Positions 1-9,639 are shown, counted from the stretch's first letter. The stretch: 64,000 nt of DNA from an uncultured Actinomycetes bacterium (GCA_963714865.1 CAVQPR010000001.1:402474-466473); one strand, 5' to 3'. Numbers and translations are program-made. Notes: generated from the letters alone by a model not told the origin.

Positions 1-352
1 TCCACGGGTTCATGTTGTCCGTGCGCTTGTCGCGCTCGTGGAACTTGCTTTCGCGGGCGTAGTAGCGCGGGCTCCCCTCCAGCAGGAGGTAGTTGATCTG
101 ACGGAGGGCCTCGAGGGCGATCAGCAGGAGGAGCCACCATCGCTCGCGCGCCTGGTTGTAGAAGGCTTCGCGCACGCCCAGCCCGTCGATCGACATCGAG
201 CTCCACATCAAGATCAGGAACGCGCCGATCAGGAACGCGAGGATCCGGAATCGATCCCACAGCAACATGGGTTTCCGCGTCAGCCGCTCGGACTCTTTGG
301 GACGGCTCTTGAACACCGGAGCGGGCCCGCGTCCGTTGCCAGTCTGGCTCAT
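1..352 (-). CDS. hypothetical membrane protein, N-terminal part. The gene continues past the window start.
   Basis: The minus-strand frame is open from an ATG (reverse complement at about 350-352) to the window edge. Predicted TM helix RFRILAFLIGAFLILMW. A GGAG lies 7 nt upstream. The gene is absent from the ORF track because no stop codon falls inside the window. Confidence 0.45.
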   Translation of the reverse strand, partial: MSQTGNGRGPAPVFKSRPKESERLTRKPMLLWDRFRILAFLIGAFLILMWSSMSIDGLGVREAFYNQARERWWLLLLIALEALRQINYLLLEGSPRYYARESKFHERDKRTDNMNPW

Positions 353-436
353 GTGGGTCTCCGTGGGTCGGCCGGTGGTCTACCGAGCCATTATCGGCCC
401 ATCCAGGGCGAACGTGGAGGTGTTTCGCCGGTCGTC

Positions 437-880
437 TCAGGTCCGGAGCGGACGGCCCTCGAACGGGATCGAGAGCGCGATCGTGGTCTTGGTGGCCACG
501 CCCGCCTTCTCCCGCAGGCGGCGGATCAGGTCTTCGAGCTCGGCCGTGGTGGCCGTACGGACCTTCAGCACGTAGCTGGCCTCGCCCGCCACGCTGTAGC
601 AGTCCTCGACCTCTGCGAAGTCGGCGACCCGATCGGGGAGGTCATCGGGCTGTGAGCGATCGAACGGCCGCACCTCGATCAGGGACGTCACGTAGAGGCC
701 GAGAGAACCCGGATCGATGACGGCGCGATATCCGCGGATCACCCCCTGCTGTTCGAGTTTGCGCACGCGCTCGTGGACGGCGGACGCGGACAGACCCACG
801 CGAGCCGCGACATCCGCATAGGTGGCGCGGGCATCGTCTTGCAGGGCCGCCACGATGTCCCGATCCCGCTCGTCCAGCAC
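437..880 (-). CDS. Lrp/AsnC-family transcriptional regulator
   Basis: The C-terminal 147 aa of track ORF 437..1225 show an HTH followed by a RAM domain (DERDRDIVAALQDDARATYADVAARVGLSASAVHERVRKL...GYRAVIDP...). The start is reassigned to an in-frame GTG at 880 because the track ORF's N-terminal extension is low-complexity Arg/Pro. Confidence 0.8.
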   Translation of the reverse strand: MLDERDRDIVAALQDDARATYADVAARVGLSASAVHERVRKLEQQGVIRGYRAVIDPGSLGLYVTSLIEVRPFDRSQPDDLPDRVADFAEVEDCYSVAGEASYVLKVRTATTAELEDLIRRLREKAGVATKTTIALSIPFEGRPLRT

Positions 881-1010
881 GCGCCCATGATAGGGGGATG
901 CCTGCGGGGGAGCGAGGTGCCCCCGAATGGCCGATTGCCCTGCAGGTGGCCCTCGGCGTACAACCGTGGCACCCCCGCCTCCCCAACGAAGACGGGCGAG
1001 AGGTGTGCCG

Positions 1011-1733
1011 ATGTCCGTTCGACCCGACAGCTGCGGGCCCGCACGGGATCTGCGCTGGACGCTCGGCGTGGGGAGCGGACCCCGGCGACGAGCCGTCGTA
1101 CGGCTCGATCCCCGGGCCGCAGCGGGATACGGCCGTGCGGTGGCGGCGGTGGCGGTCCCCGTCGAGGCCGCCCTGGGGCCGGAGGTCCTCGCGAACCGGG
1201 CGGTGGGTCGGGGACGCCTATCCACCGCCAGGCTGGAGCCGTGGCGACCCGCGCGAGCCCGGTGGGAAGCCGCGATGCTCGCCCCACGAGACGGACTCGT
1301 CGTCGCGACCGACGTCAGGGACTGCTACGGGTCGATCGGACCCGAGGCCGTCGACAGGGCGCTGGGGCGTCGAGGCGTGTCCCGCCACGATCGACGACGC
1401 GTCGCCTCGTGGCTGGAGTCCGCCGCTCGTGCCGGCATCGCAGGACTGCCGGTCGGCCCACCCGGATCGGCGATCCTGGCCAACGCCGCGCTCTGCGAGC
1501 TCGACGAGGCCCTACGGGCCTTGCCGGTGCGCCACGTGCGCTGGGTGGACGACATCGTCGTGTTCGCACGCGACCGAGTGACCGCCGAGGCCGCTCTCGA
1601 CGCGCTCCGCGAGGCCGTCGGCGACTTCGGCGGCTCGCTCAACGACGCCAAGACGTCGATCACAGAGGTCCTTGCGGGCAGCAGAGCGATACCCGGGCCG
1701 AGCTCGCTCTCCCGCGCCGAGGACGTGCCATGA
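1011..1733 (+). CDS. small reverse-transcriptase-like protein of 240 aa (possible alternative start at 927)
   Basis: RT motifs occur in canonical order and spacing: motif 2 DVRDCYGSI, motif 4 GLPVGPPGSAILANAAL, motif 5 VRWVDDIVVFA (xDD in place of YADD), motif 6 GGSLNDAKT. The stop TGA overlaps the ATG of the downstream gene (ATGA). A GGCGAGAGG lies upstream of ATG 1011. Confidence 0.55.
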   Translation: MSVRPDSCGPARDLRWTLGVGSGPRRRAVVRLDPRAAAGYGRAVAAVAVPVEAALGPEVLANRAVGRGRLSTARLEPWRPARARWEAAMLAPRDGLVVATDVRDCYGSIGPEAVDRALGRRGVSRHDRRRVASWLESAARAGIAGLPVGPPGSAILANAALCELDEALRALPVRHVRWVDDIVVFARDRVTAEAALDALREAVGDFGGSLNDAKTSITEVLAGSRAIPGPSSLSRAEDVP

Positions 1734-3253
1734 TGCGGGCCGCCGTGAGGACCCTGTTTCGCGCCACCCGTGTTCACACCCTGAGCCTCCCGGAGGTGGG
1801 GGAGTGGATACTGGTCGACGGCCGCCACGTCGAGCGTGTGGGCGTGGGCGATCCGCCCGCCGCCGATCGCGTCGTCGACCTGCCGGGGGTCACGATCGTG
1901 CCGGGTTTCATCGATACGCACGTGCATCTCACGTCCACGGGGCTCGGCCTCGCCGACGGCGAGACCGTGGCAGCGGGTTCGGCGACGGCGCTGCTCGACA
2001 TCGCGCGCGGGCGGAGTGGGGTCGGCCAGGGACCGCTGTACATGCAGGGCTATGACGAGAGCCGCTGGGCGCACCCTGGACTGCCGACGATCGATGAGCT
2101 GGACGCCGCCTCCCCTCGGCCGCTCGTGATCCGGCGTGCCGACGGCCACATCGCGCTCGCCAACCGAACCGCGATCGAGCAGTCGGGCATCGCGGACGTC
2201 GCCGGCGTGGAACGGGGGGCCGACGGGGCGCCGACCGGCCGCATAACGCAGGAGGCGAACGATCGTCTCGGGCTGTGGGCGATGTCCGCGATCACCGACC
2301 ACGAGCGCCAAGAGCTGCAGCTGAAGGCGGCCGGACTCGCGGCCTCTCGAGGCATCACGACGGTCCACGAGATGTCGATGCCGCACTGGACAGGCGGGAC
2401 CGACCTCGACGTGTTCCTCGGTCACCGGGATCGTCTTCCGGTCGACGCCGTTCCGGCGGCGGCCACGATGGATCTCTCGGTCGCGATGGAGGCCGGTCTC
2501 GGTTCGATCGGCGGCGATCTGCCGACCGACGGCTCGATCGGGGCTCGCACCGCCTGGGTGGGCGAGGCGTACGAGGATGGGGGGAGCGGGGCCCCGTACC
2601 ACGACGACGACCAGCTCGCCGAGTTCTTCCACGGTGGGCACGTGGCCGGGCTCCAGGTGGGGGTTCATGCGATCGGCGACAGAGCGATCGAGCAAGTGAT
2701 CGGCGTGTGGGAGCGCGTGTATCACTCCCTGGATTCCCGGCAGCGACGGCATTTCCGCGCTCGGCGGCACCGCATCGAGCACTTCGAGATGCCGTCGGTG
2801 TCTCAGATCGAGCGCGCGGCGATGCTCGGGCTCGTGGCCTCGGTCCAGCCCGCTTTCGACCTGTACTGGGGCCATCCCGAGGGGCTGTACGCAACCGGTT
2901 TGGGATGGGATCGCGCCGTATCGATGAACCCGTTCCGGACGATGCTCGACCGGGGCATCGTGGTGGGCGTGGGGTCCGACGCCCCGATCACTCCCTTGGA
3001 TCCGCTGCTGGCCGTCCACGCCCTGACCACCCATCATGCAGTGGCGCAACGACTCTCGCGCGCCGAGGCGATCCGCCTCCACACGGTCGGCTCCGCCCGC
3101 GTGGGCCACCAGGAGGCCAAGAAGGGGATGCTCGCGCCCGGCATGCATGCCGACCTGGTTGCCTACGAGGACGATCCGATGGACGCTCCCGACATCGGCG
3201 CGCTCGCCCCGGTCCTCACGGTGTCGCTGGGTCGGGAGGTCTTCGCGGCCTAG
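1730..3253 (+). CDS. metal-dependent amidohydrolase (YtcJ-like, Amidohydro_3 type)
   Basis: N-terminal signature VPGFIDTHVHL, with distal His and Asp metal ligands (HAIGD, GSDAP). The start is placed at the ATG overlapping the RT-like stop. The track ORF 773..3253 carries a non-coding in-frame upstream extension. Confidence 0.85.
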   Translation: MMRAAVRTLFRATRVHTLSLPEVGEWILVDGRHVERVGVGDPPAADRVVDLPGVTIVPGFIDTHVHLTSTGLGLADGETVAAGSATALLDIARGRSGVGQGPLYMQGYDESRWAHPGLPTIDELDAASPRPLVIRRADGHIALANRTAIEQSGIADVAGVERGADGAPTGRITQEANDRLGLWAMSAITDHERQELQLKAAGLAASRGITTVHEMSMPHWTGGTDLDVFLGHRDRLPVDAVPAAATMDLSVAMEAGLGSIGGDLPTDGSIGARTAWVGEAYEDGGSGAPYHDDDQLAEFFHGGHVAGLQVGVHAIGDRAIEQVIGVWERVYHSLDSRQRRHFRARRHRIEHFEMPSVSQIERAAMLGLVASVQPAFDLYWGHPEGLYATGLGWDRAVSMNPFRTMLDRGIVVGVGSDAPITPLDPLLAVHALTTHHAVAQRLSRAEAIRLHTVGSARVGHQEAKKGMLAPGMHADLVAYEDDPMDAPDIGALAPVLTVSLGREVFAA

Positions 3254-3572
3254 CGCTGCCGTTTGTCACTCTTGTTCGCCGGGACTCCTTGACCCTCGAG
3301 TCCGGCGGACGGTACCGTGCGCATGCGTCGCCGCCTCGGCGGTGACGCGTGAGGACCCGAGAGGCGGAGTAGAGAACGCGGCGCCCCGGCGCCGCGGCCC
3401 CAAACGTCCCTCGGGTCCTCGTCTGTTCCCCTCCGTCCCGGTGCGCTCGCGTCGGGAATGGATTCCGCCCCCGCACGCGTTTGGCCGACGACGTTGCATC
3501 CGCGAACTGCCGCAGTACAATCCGCGCGCGGCGACGGGTCAGAGCGGTCGATCCGTCGCAGGGGGATGACAC

Positions 3573-3971
3573 ATGGGCGATACCACCGACACGATGGTCG
3601 ACGACGACGCGACAGAGGACAAGGACGATTCAGAACCCAACGCGGACGACCTCGAGGGCGACGCGGAGGTGCCCGAGCCGGCGAGCGACGAGGACGCCGA
3701 GATCGAGGTCGAGTCCATCGAGGAGCTCCTCACCAAGGAGGAGAGCGAGGACGACGACGACAAGGACGAGGACGCGCCGGCGGCCACGCCGGCCCGCGCT
3801 CCCTCCATCGCCTCAGACACGAACCCAGCCTCAGACACGAACCCAGAAGGCGTCGACAGTCGTGTCGTTCCGATCCAGTCCACGGAATTCACCTGCACTC
3901 GATGCTTCCTCGTGAAGCACCGCGGTCAGCTCGCCGACAAGAAGAAGACCCTGTGCAGGGACTGCGCCTAA
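3573..3971 (+). CDS. DUF4193 family protein
   Basis: Acidic N-terminus and a conserved C-terminus (EFTCTRCFLVKHRGQLADKKKTLCRDCA). GGGGGA RBS. Confidence 0.85.
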   Translation: MGDTTDTMVDDDATEDKDDSEPNADDLEGDAEVPEPASDEDAEIEVESIEELLTKEESEDDDDKDEDAPAATPARAPSIASDTNPASDTNPEGVDSRVVPIQSTEFTCTRCFLVKHRGQLADKKKTLCRDCA

Positions 3972-6214
3972 CGGCGCCCCGTCGGCTCCCTCTCGCCTCC
4001 CTGATCGCGGCCGCTTCCGGACTGGGGATGTCCTTGGCGTTCCCTCCCGCCGGGGCCTGGCCGATCGCCTTCGTGTCGATGGTCCCGCTGTTGTGGGTGA
4101 TCCAGGGCCTGCGCCCACGCCACGCCTTCGTCGTCGGACTCGTGTTCGGCCTCGGGTTCTTCGGCGCGACGTTGTACTGGATCTGGCGGTTCGGCGAGAT
4201 GGCCTACCTGTCCCTGACGTTGCTGATGGCGCTGTGGATCGGCGTATTCGGCGCCGGCTACGCCGTGCTGCGCCGTCCTGGACATCCCCTCGCATCGGCG
4301 TTCGCGGCGGCCGCCCTATGGACGGTGCTGGAGTGGGGGAGATCATCCTGGCCACTCGGCGGGTTCTCCTGGGCCGGCCTAGGGATCGGACAGGTGGACA
4401 ACACGGTCCTGCTGCGACTGGCGTCGATCTCCGGCGTGTGGGGGATCACGTTCGTCGTTGTGGCCGTGAACGCCCTGCTCCTGGTCGTGATCGAGGGAGG
4501 CACGGCCATTCGCCGGCGTATCGCCGCCGGGGGGCTGGCGGTCACCCTGGTCTTGGCGCCGGCGGCGGTCGCGTTCCCGCGGGCGCTCGGGGACGAGCTC
4601 GACGTCGCCGCGATCCAGGTCGACGTCCGCGAGGCGGAGCGCGGATCGGCGCGAGTCGAGGACCGAGCGGTCGCGAGGCTCAACATCGAGGCGCACGCGG
4701 GGCTGGCCGATGACCCTCCCGACCTCATCTCATGGGGAGAGGGCGCGCTCGACCCCTCCGCGGCGGCCGATCCCGAGGTGGTCGCGGCCGTACAGGCGGT
4801 CATCGCCGGCGTCGGGGTCCCGACGCTCGTAGGCGCCGTGACCGACGACGCCGACGGTGCGCAGCGCACCAACGTGCTGCTGTTCGACGGGATGGGAGCG
4901 CTCGTTGACCGTTACGACAAGACCCATCTCGTGCCGTTCGGCGAGTACGTGCCGTTCCGCAGGCGCCTGTCATGGATCGGAGCCCTGGAGCAGATCCCCG
5001 TCGATCGCGCGCCGGGGGAGGAACCTCACGCCCTGAGCCTTCTCGAGGTCGGAACATTCGGCGCCCCCATCTGCTTCGAGAACGGGTTTCCGCAGATACC
5101 CCGATCGATGGTGAACGACGGTGCCGAGTACCTGATCGTCACCGTGAACAACGCCTCGTACGGGTTCACGGCGGCCTCGGCGCAGCACGGGCAGATGAGC
5201 CGTATGCGCGCCGTCGAGACGGGGCGCTGGGTGGTCAACGCCGCCGTGTCGGGAGTCAGCATGTTCATCGACCCCTCCGGGCACGTCGTCGACGAGAGCG
5301 AGCTGTTCGAGCCGACCGTCCTTCGGAACACGATCCGAACGTCGCAGACCCGAACCTGGTACGTCCGGCTGGGGGACTGGGTGCCATGGGCGGCCCTTGT
5401 CTTCCTCGCGGCCTTCTTTCTTCTCCCGAGGCGGCGGGAGCCGGCTCCCCGCCGCCCCGCAGCTCTCGGTCCCTCGCATTCGACGCTCGTGGTGCTGCCG
5501 ACCTACGACGAGGCGGCGACGATCCAGCAAGTGATCGGCGGCGTGCTGGCGGCAGAAGGGACATCGATCGTGGTGGTCGACGACTCGTCCCCCGATGGGA
5601 CGGGAGATCTCGTCAGCAAGATCGCCCAGGAGGACCCTCGGGTTCGGCTGATCCGACGTCCGGCCAAGGCCGGACTCGCGAGCGCGTACCTCGAGGGATT
5701 CAGGATGGGCCTGTCCGAGGGAGCCGACCTGATCGTCGAGATGGATTCAGATCTCTCGCACGACCCCGAGGAACTCCCGTCCCTCCTGCATGCCACCGCC
5801 TCGGGGCACGACCTCGTGGTCGGCAGCCGGTACGTGACGGGCGGGTCCGTGTCGGACTGGAGTCGCACGCGCGTGGCCCTGTCGCGCGCGGGCAACCGAT
5901 ACGCGCGGACGATGCTCGGCCTCCCGATCCACGACGCCACGAGCGGCTTCCGTGTGTACCGACGGAACCTCCTGGCCGACCTCGTCGCGAGGCCCTTCCG
6001 TTCGGACGGCTACGGGTTCCAGATCGAGCTGGCGATGCGGGCCGTCGACATGGGATACGACGTCGCCGAGGCACCGATCACGTTCAGGGATCGCATCCAC
6101 GGGCATTCCAAGATCTCTCGCGGGATCGTCGTCGAGGCGCTGTGGCTCGTGACGCTCTGGGGGCTGAGGAAGCGGCTGAGGTGGCAGCGCCCCGATCCCG
6201 CCGTTCCCCGATAA
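3953..6214 (+). CDS. lnt-ppm1: apolipoprotein N-acyltransferase (Lnt-like CN-hydrolase domain) fused to polyprenol-phosphate mannosyltransferase (GT2, Ppm1-like)
   Basis: N-terminal multi-TM region with an LAFPP motif and a nitrilase-fold domain (ICFENGFP). C-terminal GT2 domain (VVLPTYDEAATI...VVDDSSPDGT...EMDSDLSHDP). Start taken as the in-frame GTG at 3953, which overlaps the DUF4193 stop by 19 nt. The first ATG is at 4028. Confidence 0.85.
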   Translation: MQGLRLTAPRRLPLASLIAAASGLGMSLAFPPAGAWPIAFVSMVPLLWVIQGLRPRHAFVVGLVFGLGFFGATLYWIWRFGEMAYLSLTLLMALWIGVFGAGYAVLRRPGHPLASAFAAAALWTVLEWGRSSWPLGGFSWAGLGIGQVDNTVLLRLASISGVWGITFVVVAVNALLLVVIEGGTAIRRRIAAGGLAVTLVLAPAAVAFPRALGDELDVAAIQVDVREAERGSARVEDRAVARLNIEAHAGLADDPPDLISWGEGALDPSAAADPEVVAAVQAVIAGVGVPTLVGAVTDDADGAQRTNVLLFDGMGALVDRYDKTHLVPFGEYVPFRRRLSWIGALEQIPVDRAPGEEPHALSLLEVGTFGAPICFENGFPQIPRSMVNDGAEYLIVTVNNASYGFTAASAQHGQMSRMRAVETGRWVVNAAVSGVSMFIDPSGHVVDESELFEPTVLRNTIRTSQTRTWYVRLGDWVPWAALVFLAAFFLLPRRREPAPRRPAALGPSHSTLVVLPTYDEAATIQQVIGGVLAAEGTSIVVVDDSSPDGTGDLVSKIAQEDPRVRLIRRPAKAGLASAYLEGFRMGLSEGADLIVEMDSDLSHDPEELPSLLHATASGHDLVVGSRYVTGGSVSDWSRTRVALSRAGNRYARTMLGLPIHDATSGFRVYRRNLLADLVARPFRSDGYGFQIELAMRAVDMGYDVAEAPITFRDRIHGHSKISRGIVVEALWLVTLWGLRKRLRWQRPDPAVPR

Positions 6215-6277
6215 CGTACATTATGTAACTTCGTCGAGAACTCCTCTCGGGCCTCCTTCCCCTCCGCCACCCGTCTC

Positions 6278-6808
6278 ATGGCATCATCCATGCCCATGAC
6301 GGACCCGTTCGAGCCGAACGTCGCGGAACTCCTCGACAACAACGCTCGGTATGCGGCGGCGTTCGCCGACCCGGGCGACGCGGTATCGCCGACACGTCGC
6401 TTGGCCGTCGTGGCCTGCATGGACTCGCGGATGGACGTGTTCGCTCTGCTGGGGCTCTCGCACGGCGAGGCCCACGTGCTGCGCAATGCCGGCGGGATCG
6501 TCACGGACGACGTGATCCGCTCCCTGTGCTTGTCTCAGCGCCTGCTCGGAACGAGAGAGATCATCCTGCTCCATCACACCGATTGCGGTCTCCAGCGCAT
6601 CACCGAGGACGGGTTCGGGGCCGAGCTGGAGGCCGAGTTGGGCGACGCGCCTCCCTGGGCCGTGGAGGCCTTCGCGGATGCCTCCGACAGCGTGCGGATC
6701 TCGATGGCCCGGCTCCGCGCGACACCCTTCGTGCCCCACACCGACCTCGTGCGCGGATTCGTCTACGACGTCACGACGGGGAATCTGCGCGAGGTGTCGG
6801 GCGACTGA
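6278..6808 (+). CDS. beta-class carbonic anhydrase
   Basis: CMDSR and HTDCG zinc-ligand motifs. Confidence 0.85.
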   Translation: MASSMPMTDPFEPNVAELLDNNARYAAAFADPGDAVSPTRRLAVVACMDSRMDVFALLGLSHGEAHVLRNAGGIVTDDVIRSLCLSQRLLGTREIILLHHTDCGLQRITEDGFGAELEAELGDAPPWAVEAFADASDSVRISMARLRATPFVPHTDLVRGFVYDVTTGNLREVSGD

Positions 6809-6811
6809 CCC

Positions 6812-8284
6812 TCACCAACGGAGCTTCAACTGGCGGGCGGCGCGCGCCTCGTCCAGCCGGCGCACCGGCGTCGAGACCGGGGCCTCGTGGAGCAGATCCG
6901 GGTCGCTCGATGCCTCCGCGACCGCCCGAGCGAGCGCGTCCGCGAAGGCATCCAGGGTCTCCTGCGTCTCGGTCTCGGTCGGCTCGACCATCATCGCCTC
7001 CTCCACGACCAGCGGGAAGTAGACCGTCGAGGGGTGGAAGCCGAGATCGATGACGCGCTTGGCCAGATCCATGGCGCGGATGCCCGTCGCGTCCTTCAGA
7101 TCGGCGGCCGTCGAGACGAACTCGTGCATGGGTCGCCCCTGTGGATACGCGAGCGGCACCGACTCCGACACCCTGGCGGCCAGGTAGTTGGCGTTCAGCA
7201 CAGCACGCTCGGCGACCTCTTCGAGCCCATCGGATCCATGGATGAACACGTAGAGGTAGGCGCGCACCAGGACTCCGAAATTCCCGAGATAGCCGTGCAT
7301 CCGACCCACCGAGTTGGGCGCCTCGAGGTCGACGCGGAACGTGCCGTCTGGATCGCGTTCGACGCGGGGCACCGGTAGGAACTCAACGAGCCGATCGACG
7401 ACCCCAACCGGGCCGGCGCCGGGCCCTCCCCCGCCGTGGGGAGTGGCGAAGGTCTTGTGCGTGTTGATGTGGACGATGTCGAAGCCCATGTCGCCCGGGC
7501 GCGTCTTGCCGAGGATCGCGTTGAGGTTGGCGCCGTCGTAGTACACGAGACCGCCTACGCCATGGACGATCGAGGTGATCTCGGCGATGTCCTCCTCGAA
7601 CAACCCGAGCGTGTTGGGGTTCGTGAGCATGAGCCCTGCGACCTCGTCATCGATGATCCCGCGAAGAGCCTCGACGTCCACCAGTCCTCGCGGATCGGCG
7701 GGCACGCTCACGGACTCGTAGCCGCCGAGGCGCACACTGGCAGGGTTCGTCCCGTGGGCGGCGTCGGGGATGATGACCTTCCTGCGCTGCCGGCCCCGTG
7801 CCTGATGATGCGCGCGCATGATCAGCAGACCCGTGAGCTCTCCACAGGCGCCGGCCGGTGGCTGGAGCGTGGCCCGGGACATGCCGGTGATCTCACACAG
7901 CGCTCGTTCGAGCCTCCACACCAGCTCGAGCGCGCCCTGGACCGTGTGATCTGGCTGGAGCGGATGCAGGCGCTGGAATCCCGGCATCGCCGCCGCCGCC
8001 TCGGCCGACTTCGGGTTGTACTTCATGCTGCATGACCCGAGCGGGTAGAAGCCGTTGTCGACCCCGAAGTTCATCTGCGACAGGCGGGTGTAGTGACGCG
8101 CAAGCTCGTTCTCGGAGATCTCGGGCAGCGCGGGAGCCGCGTCTCGGGCATACGCGCTCGCGACCTCGACGGGATCGACATCGAGGTCCGCGAAGCTGAA
8201 CGCGCGGCGTCCGGGGCGCGAGCGCTCCACGATCGTCCCCTCCCCCGGCGGGCCGTGCTGGCGGATGGGGGCCCCGACGTCCAT
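6812..8284 (-). CDS. gcvPB: glycine dehydrogenase (decarboxylating) subunit 2
   Basis: Full-length similarity pattern of the PLP-dependent GcvP C-terminal subunit. Stop/start-adjacent to gcvPA. Confidence 0.95.
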   Translation of the reverse strand: MDVGAPIRQHGPPGEGTIVERSRPGRRAFSFADLDVDPVEVASAYARDAAPALPEISENELARHYTRLSQMNFGVDNGFYPLGSCSMKYNPKSAEAAAAMPGFQRLHPLQPDHTVQGALELVWRLERALCEITGMSRATLQPPAGACGELTGLLIMRAHHQARGRQRRKVIIPDAAHGTNPASVRLGGYESVSVPADPRGLVDVEALRGIIDDEVAGLMLTNPNTLGLFEEDIAEITSIVHGVGGLVYYDGANLNAILGKTRPGDMGFDIVHINTHKTFATPHGGGGPGAGPVGVVDRLVEFLPVPRVERDPDGTFRVDLEAPNSVGRMHGYLGNFGVLVRAYLYVFIHGSDGLEEVAERAVLNANYLAARVSESVPLAYPQGRPMHEFVSTAADLKDATGIRAMDLAKRVIDLGFHPSTVYFPLVVEEAMMVEPTETETQETLDAFADALARAVAEASSDPDLLHEAPVSTPVRRLDEARAARQLKLRW

Positions 8285-9604
8285 TCAGGCGATCGCCTCT
8301 TCCACCGCCGCGACCAACGTGTCGATCTCTGAGCGAGACCGACGTTCGGTGACGGCCACCAGCAGCGCGTCGTCGCGCCCGACGGCGGGCACGCCCGCGA
8401 GGACGCCGCTCGCCAGGGCCGCTTCGACCACCTCCGAGGCCGGCCTGGGCAACCGGATCGCGAACTCCTTGAAGAATGGCGCGGCCGGCCAGAGGGCCTC
8501 GACGTCGTCGAGAGCGGTCAGGGCGTCGAACGCGTAGGCGGCCTTCGCGGCGCACTGTCGTCCGAGTTCCACGATGCCGTCGGGGCCCAACCACGACATG
8601 TAGATGGTGGCGGCCAGCGCCATGAGGGTCTGATTCGTGCAGATGTTCGACGTTGCCTTGTCGCGGCGGATGTGCTGCTCGCGCGCCTGCAACGTGAGCA
8701 CGTATCCCGTGCGGCCGTCCACGTCGACGGTCTCCCCCACGATCCGGCCGGGCATCCTGCGGACATCGGCCATCCGGGCCGCGATCAACCCCAGATACGG
8801 TCCGCCGAAGCTCAGATGGTTGCCCAGGCCCTGTCCCTCGGCGACCGCCACGTCGGCGCCCATCTCGCCTGGAGGCCGCAACACGCCGAGCGAGAGCGGG
8901 TCGAAGAGCTGTACCAGCCGGGCTCCTCCCGCATGAGCCGCCTCGGCGAACGCCGGCACATCCTCGAGGATCCCGTAGTAGTTCGGGTGCTGGACGACCA
9001 CCGCCCCGACATCGTGGGCGACATCGGGCACGACGCCTCGCCCGTCAGCGGCGTCCACCACCTCCGGCTCGAAGCCCGCTCCCCGTCCGTAGGCAGCCAG
9101 CGTCGCGACGTACCTGGGGTCGACCGTTCCGGCGACCAGGACCCGGCCGCGGGCGCGATCCCGGCACATGTTGACCGCCTCAACGAGCGACGTGGCCCCG
9201 TCGTACAGGGAGGCGTTCGAGACCTCCATCCCCGTGAGCTCGCAGATCATGGATTGGAACTCGAACAACGCCTGCAGGACCCCTTGCGACAGTTCCGGCT
9301 GGTAGGGCGTGTACGAGGTAGCGAACTCCGAGCGCCCGGCGAGCGCCCAGACGACGCTCGGCACGTAGTGGTCGTACGCCCCGGCCCCAGCGAAACATGC
9401 GAGCTCGTCCAGGTTCCGGTTCCGCCGGGCCATGGTCCGCAGGTCGGCGAGGATCTCCATCTCCGATACCCCTGCGGGGATGTCGAGGTCGCGCTCGAGG
9501 CGAACGTCGCTGGGCACCTGTTCGAACAGCTGATCCAGGGAATCGAGCCCGATCGCTCCGAGCATGCGGGCGACGTCGTCGTCGGTATGCGGGGCGAATC
9601 TCAC
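8285..9604 (-). CDS. gcvPA: glycine dehydrogenase (decarboxylating) subunit 1
   Basis: GcvP N-terminal subunit (TSYTPYQPELSQG...). Confidence 0.95.
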   Translation of the reverse strand: MRFAPHTDDDVARMLGAIGLDSLDQLFEQVPSDVRLERDLDIPAGVSEMEILADLRTMARRNRNLDELACFAGAGAYDHYVPSVVWALAGRSEFATSYTPYQPELSQGVLQALFEFQSMICELTGMEVSNASLYDGATSLVEAVNMCRDRARGRVLVAGTVDPRYVATLAAYGRGAGFEPEVVDAADGRGVVPDVAHDVGAVVVQHPNYYGILEDVPAFAEAAHAGGARLVQLFDPLSLGVLRPPGEMGADVAVAEGQGLGNHLSFGGPYLGLIAARMADVRRMPGRIVGETVDVDGRTGYVLTLQAREQHIRRDKATSNICTNQTLMALAATIYMSWLGPDGIVELGRQCAAKAAYAFDALTALDDVEALWPAAPFFKEFAIRLPRPASEVVEAALASGVLAGVPAVGRDDALLVAVTERRSRSEIDTLVAAVEEAIA

Positions 9605-9639
9605 GGTGGGCAGTGTACGGACCGCCGGGCGGGCTGACC

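Noticed and set aside
38-655. 205-aa plus-strand ORF overlapping the Lrp gene and the upstream membrane-protein gene
   Set aside because: Antisense to two well-supported minus-strand genes, with low-complexity Ala/Arg/Gly composition typical of spurious GC-rich frames.
773-1729. N-terminal 319-codon extension of the amidohydrolase ORF (track ORF 773..3253), and its mirror 1325..3148 on the minus strand
   Set aside because: The extension is Arg/Gly/Pro-rich and overlaps the RT-like gene in another frame. The amidohydrolase has a canonical N-terminus at 1730. The 607-aa minus-strand ORF is antisense to a confident gene.
3458-3952. Upstream part of the 918-aa ORF overlapping DUF4193 in another frame
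   Set aside because: Arg-rich low complexity. The DUF4193 frame is conserved and has a good RBS. The Lnt start was placed at GTG 3953.
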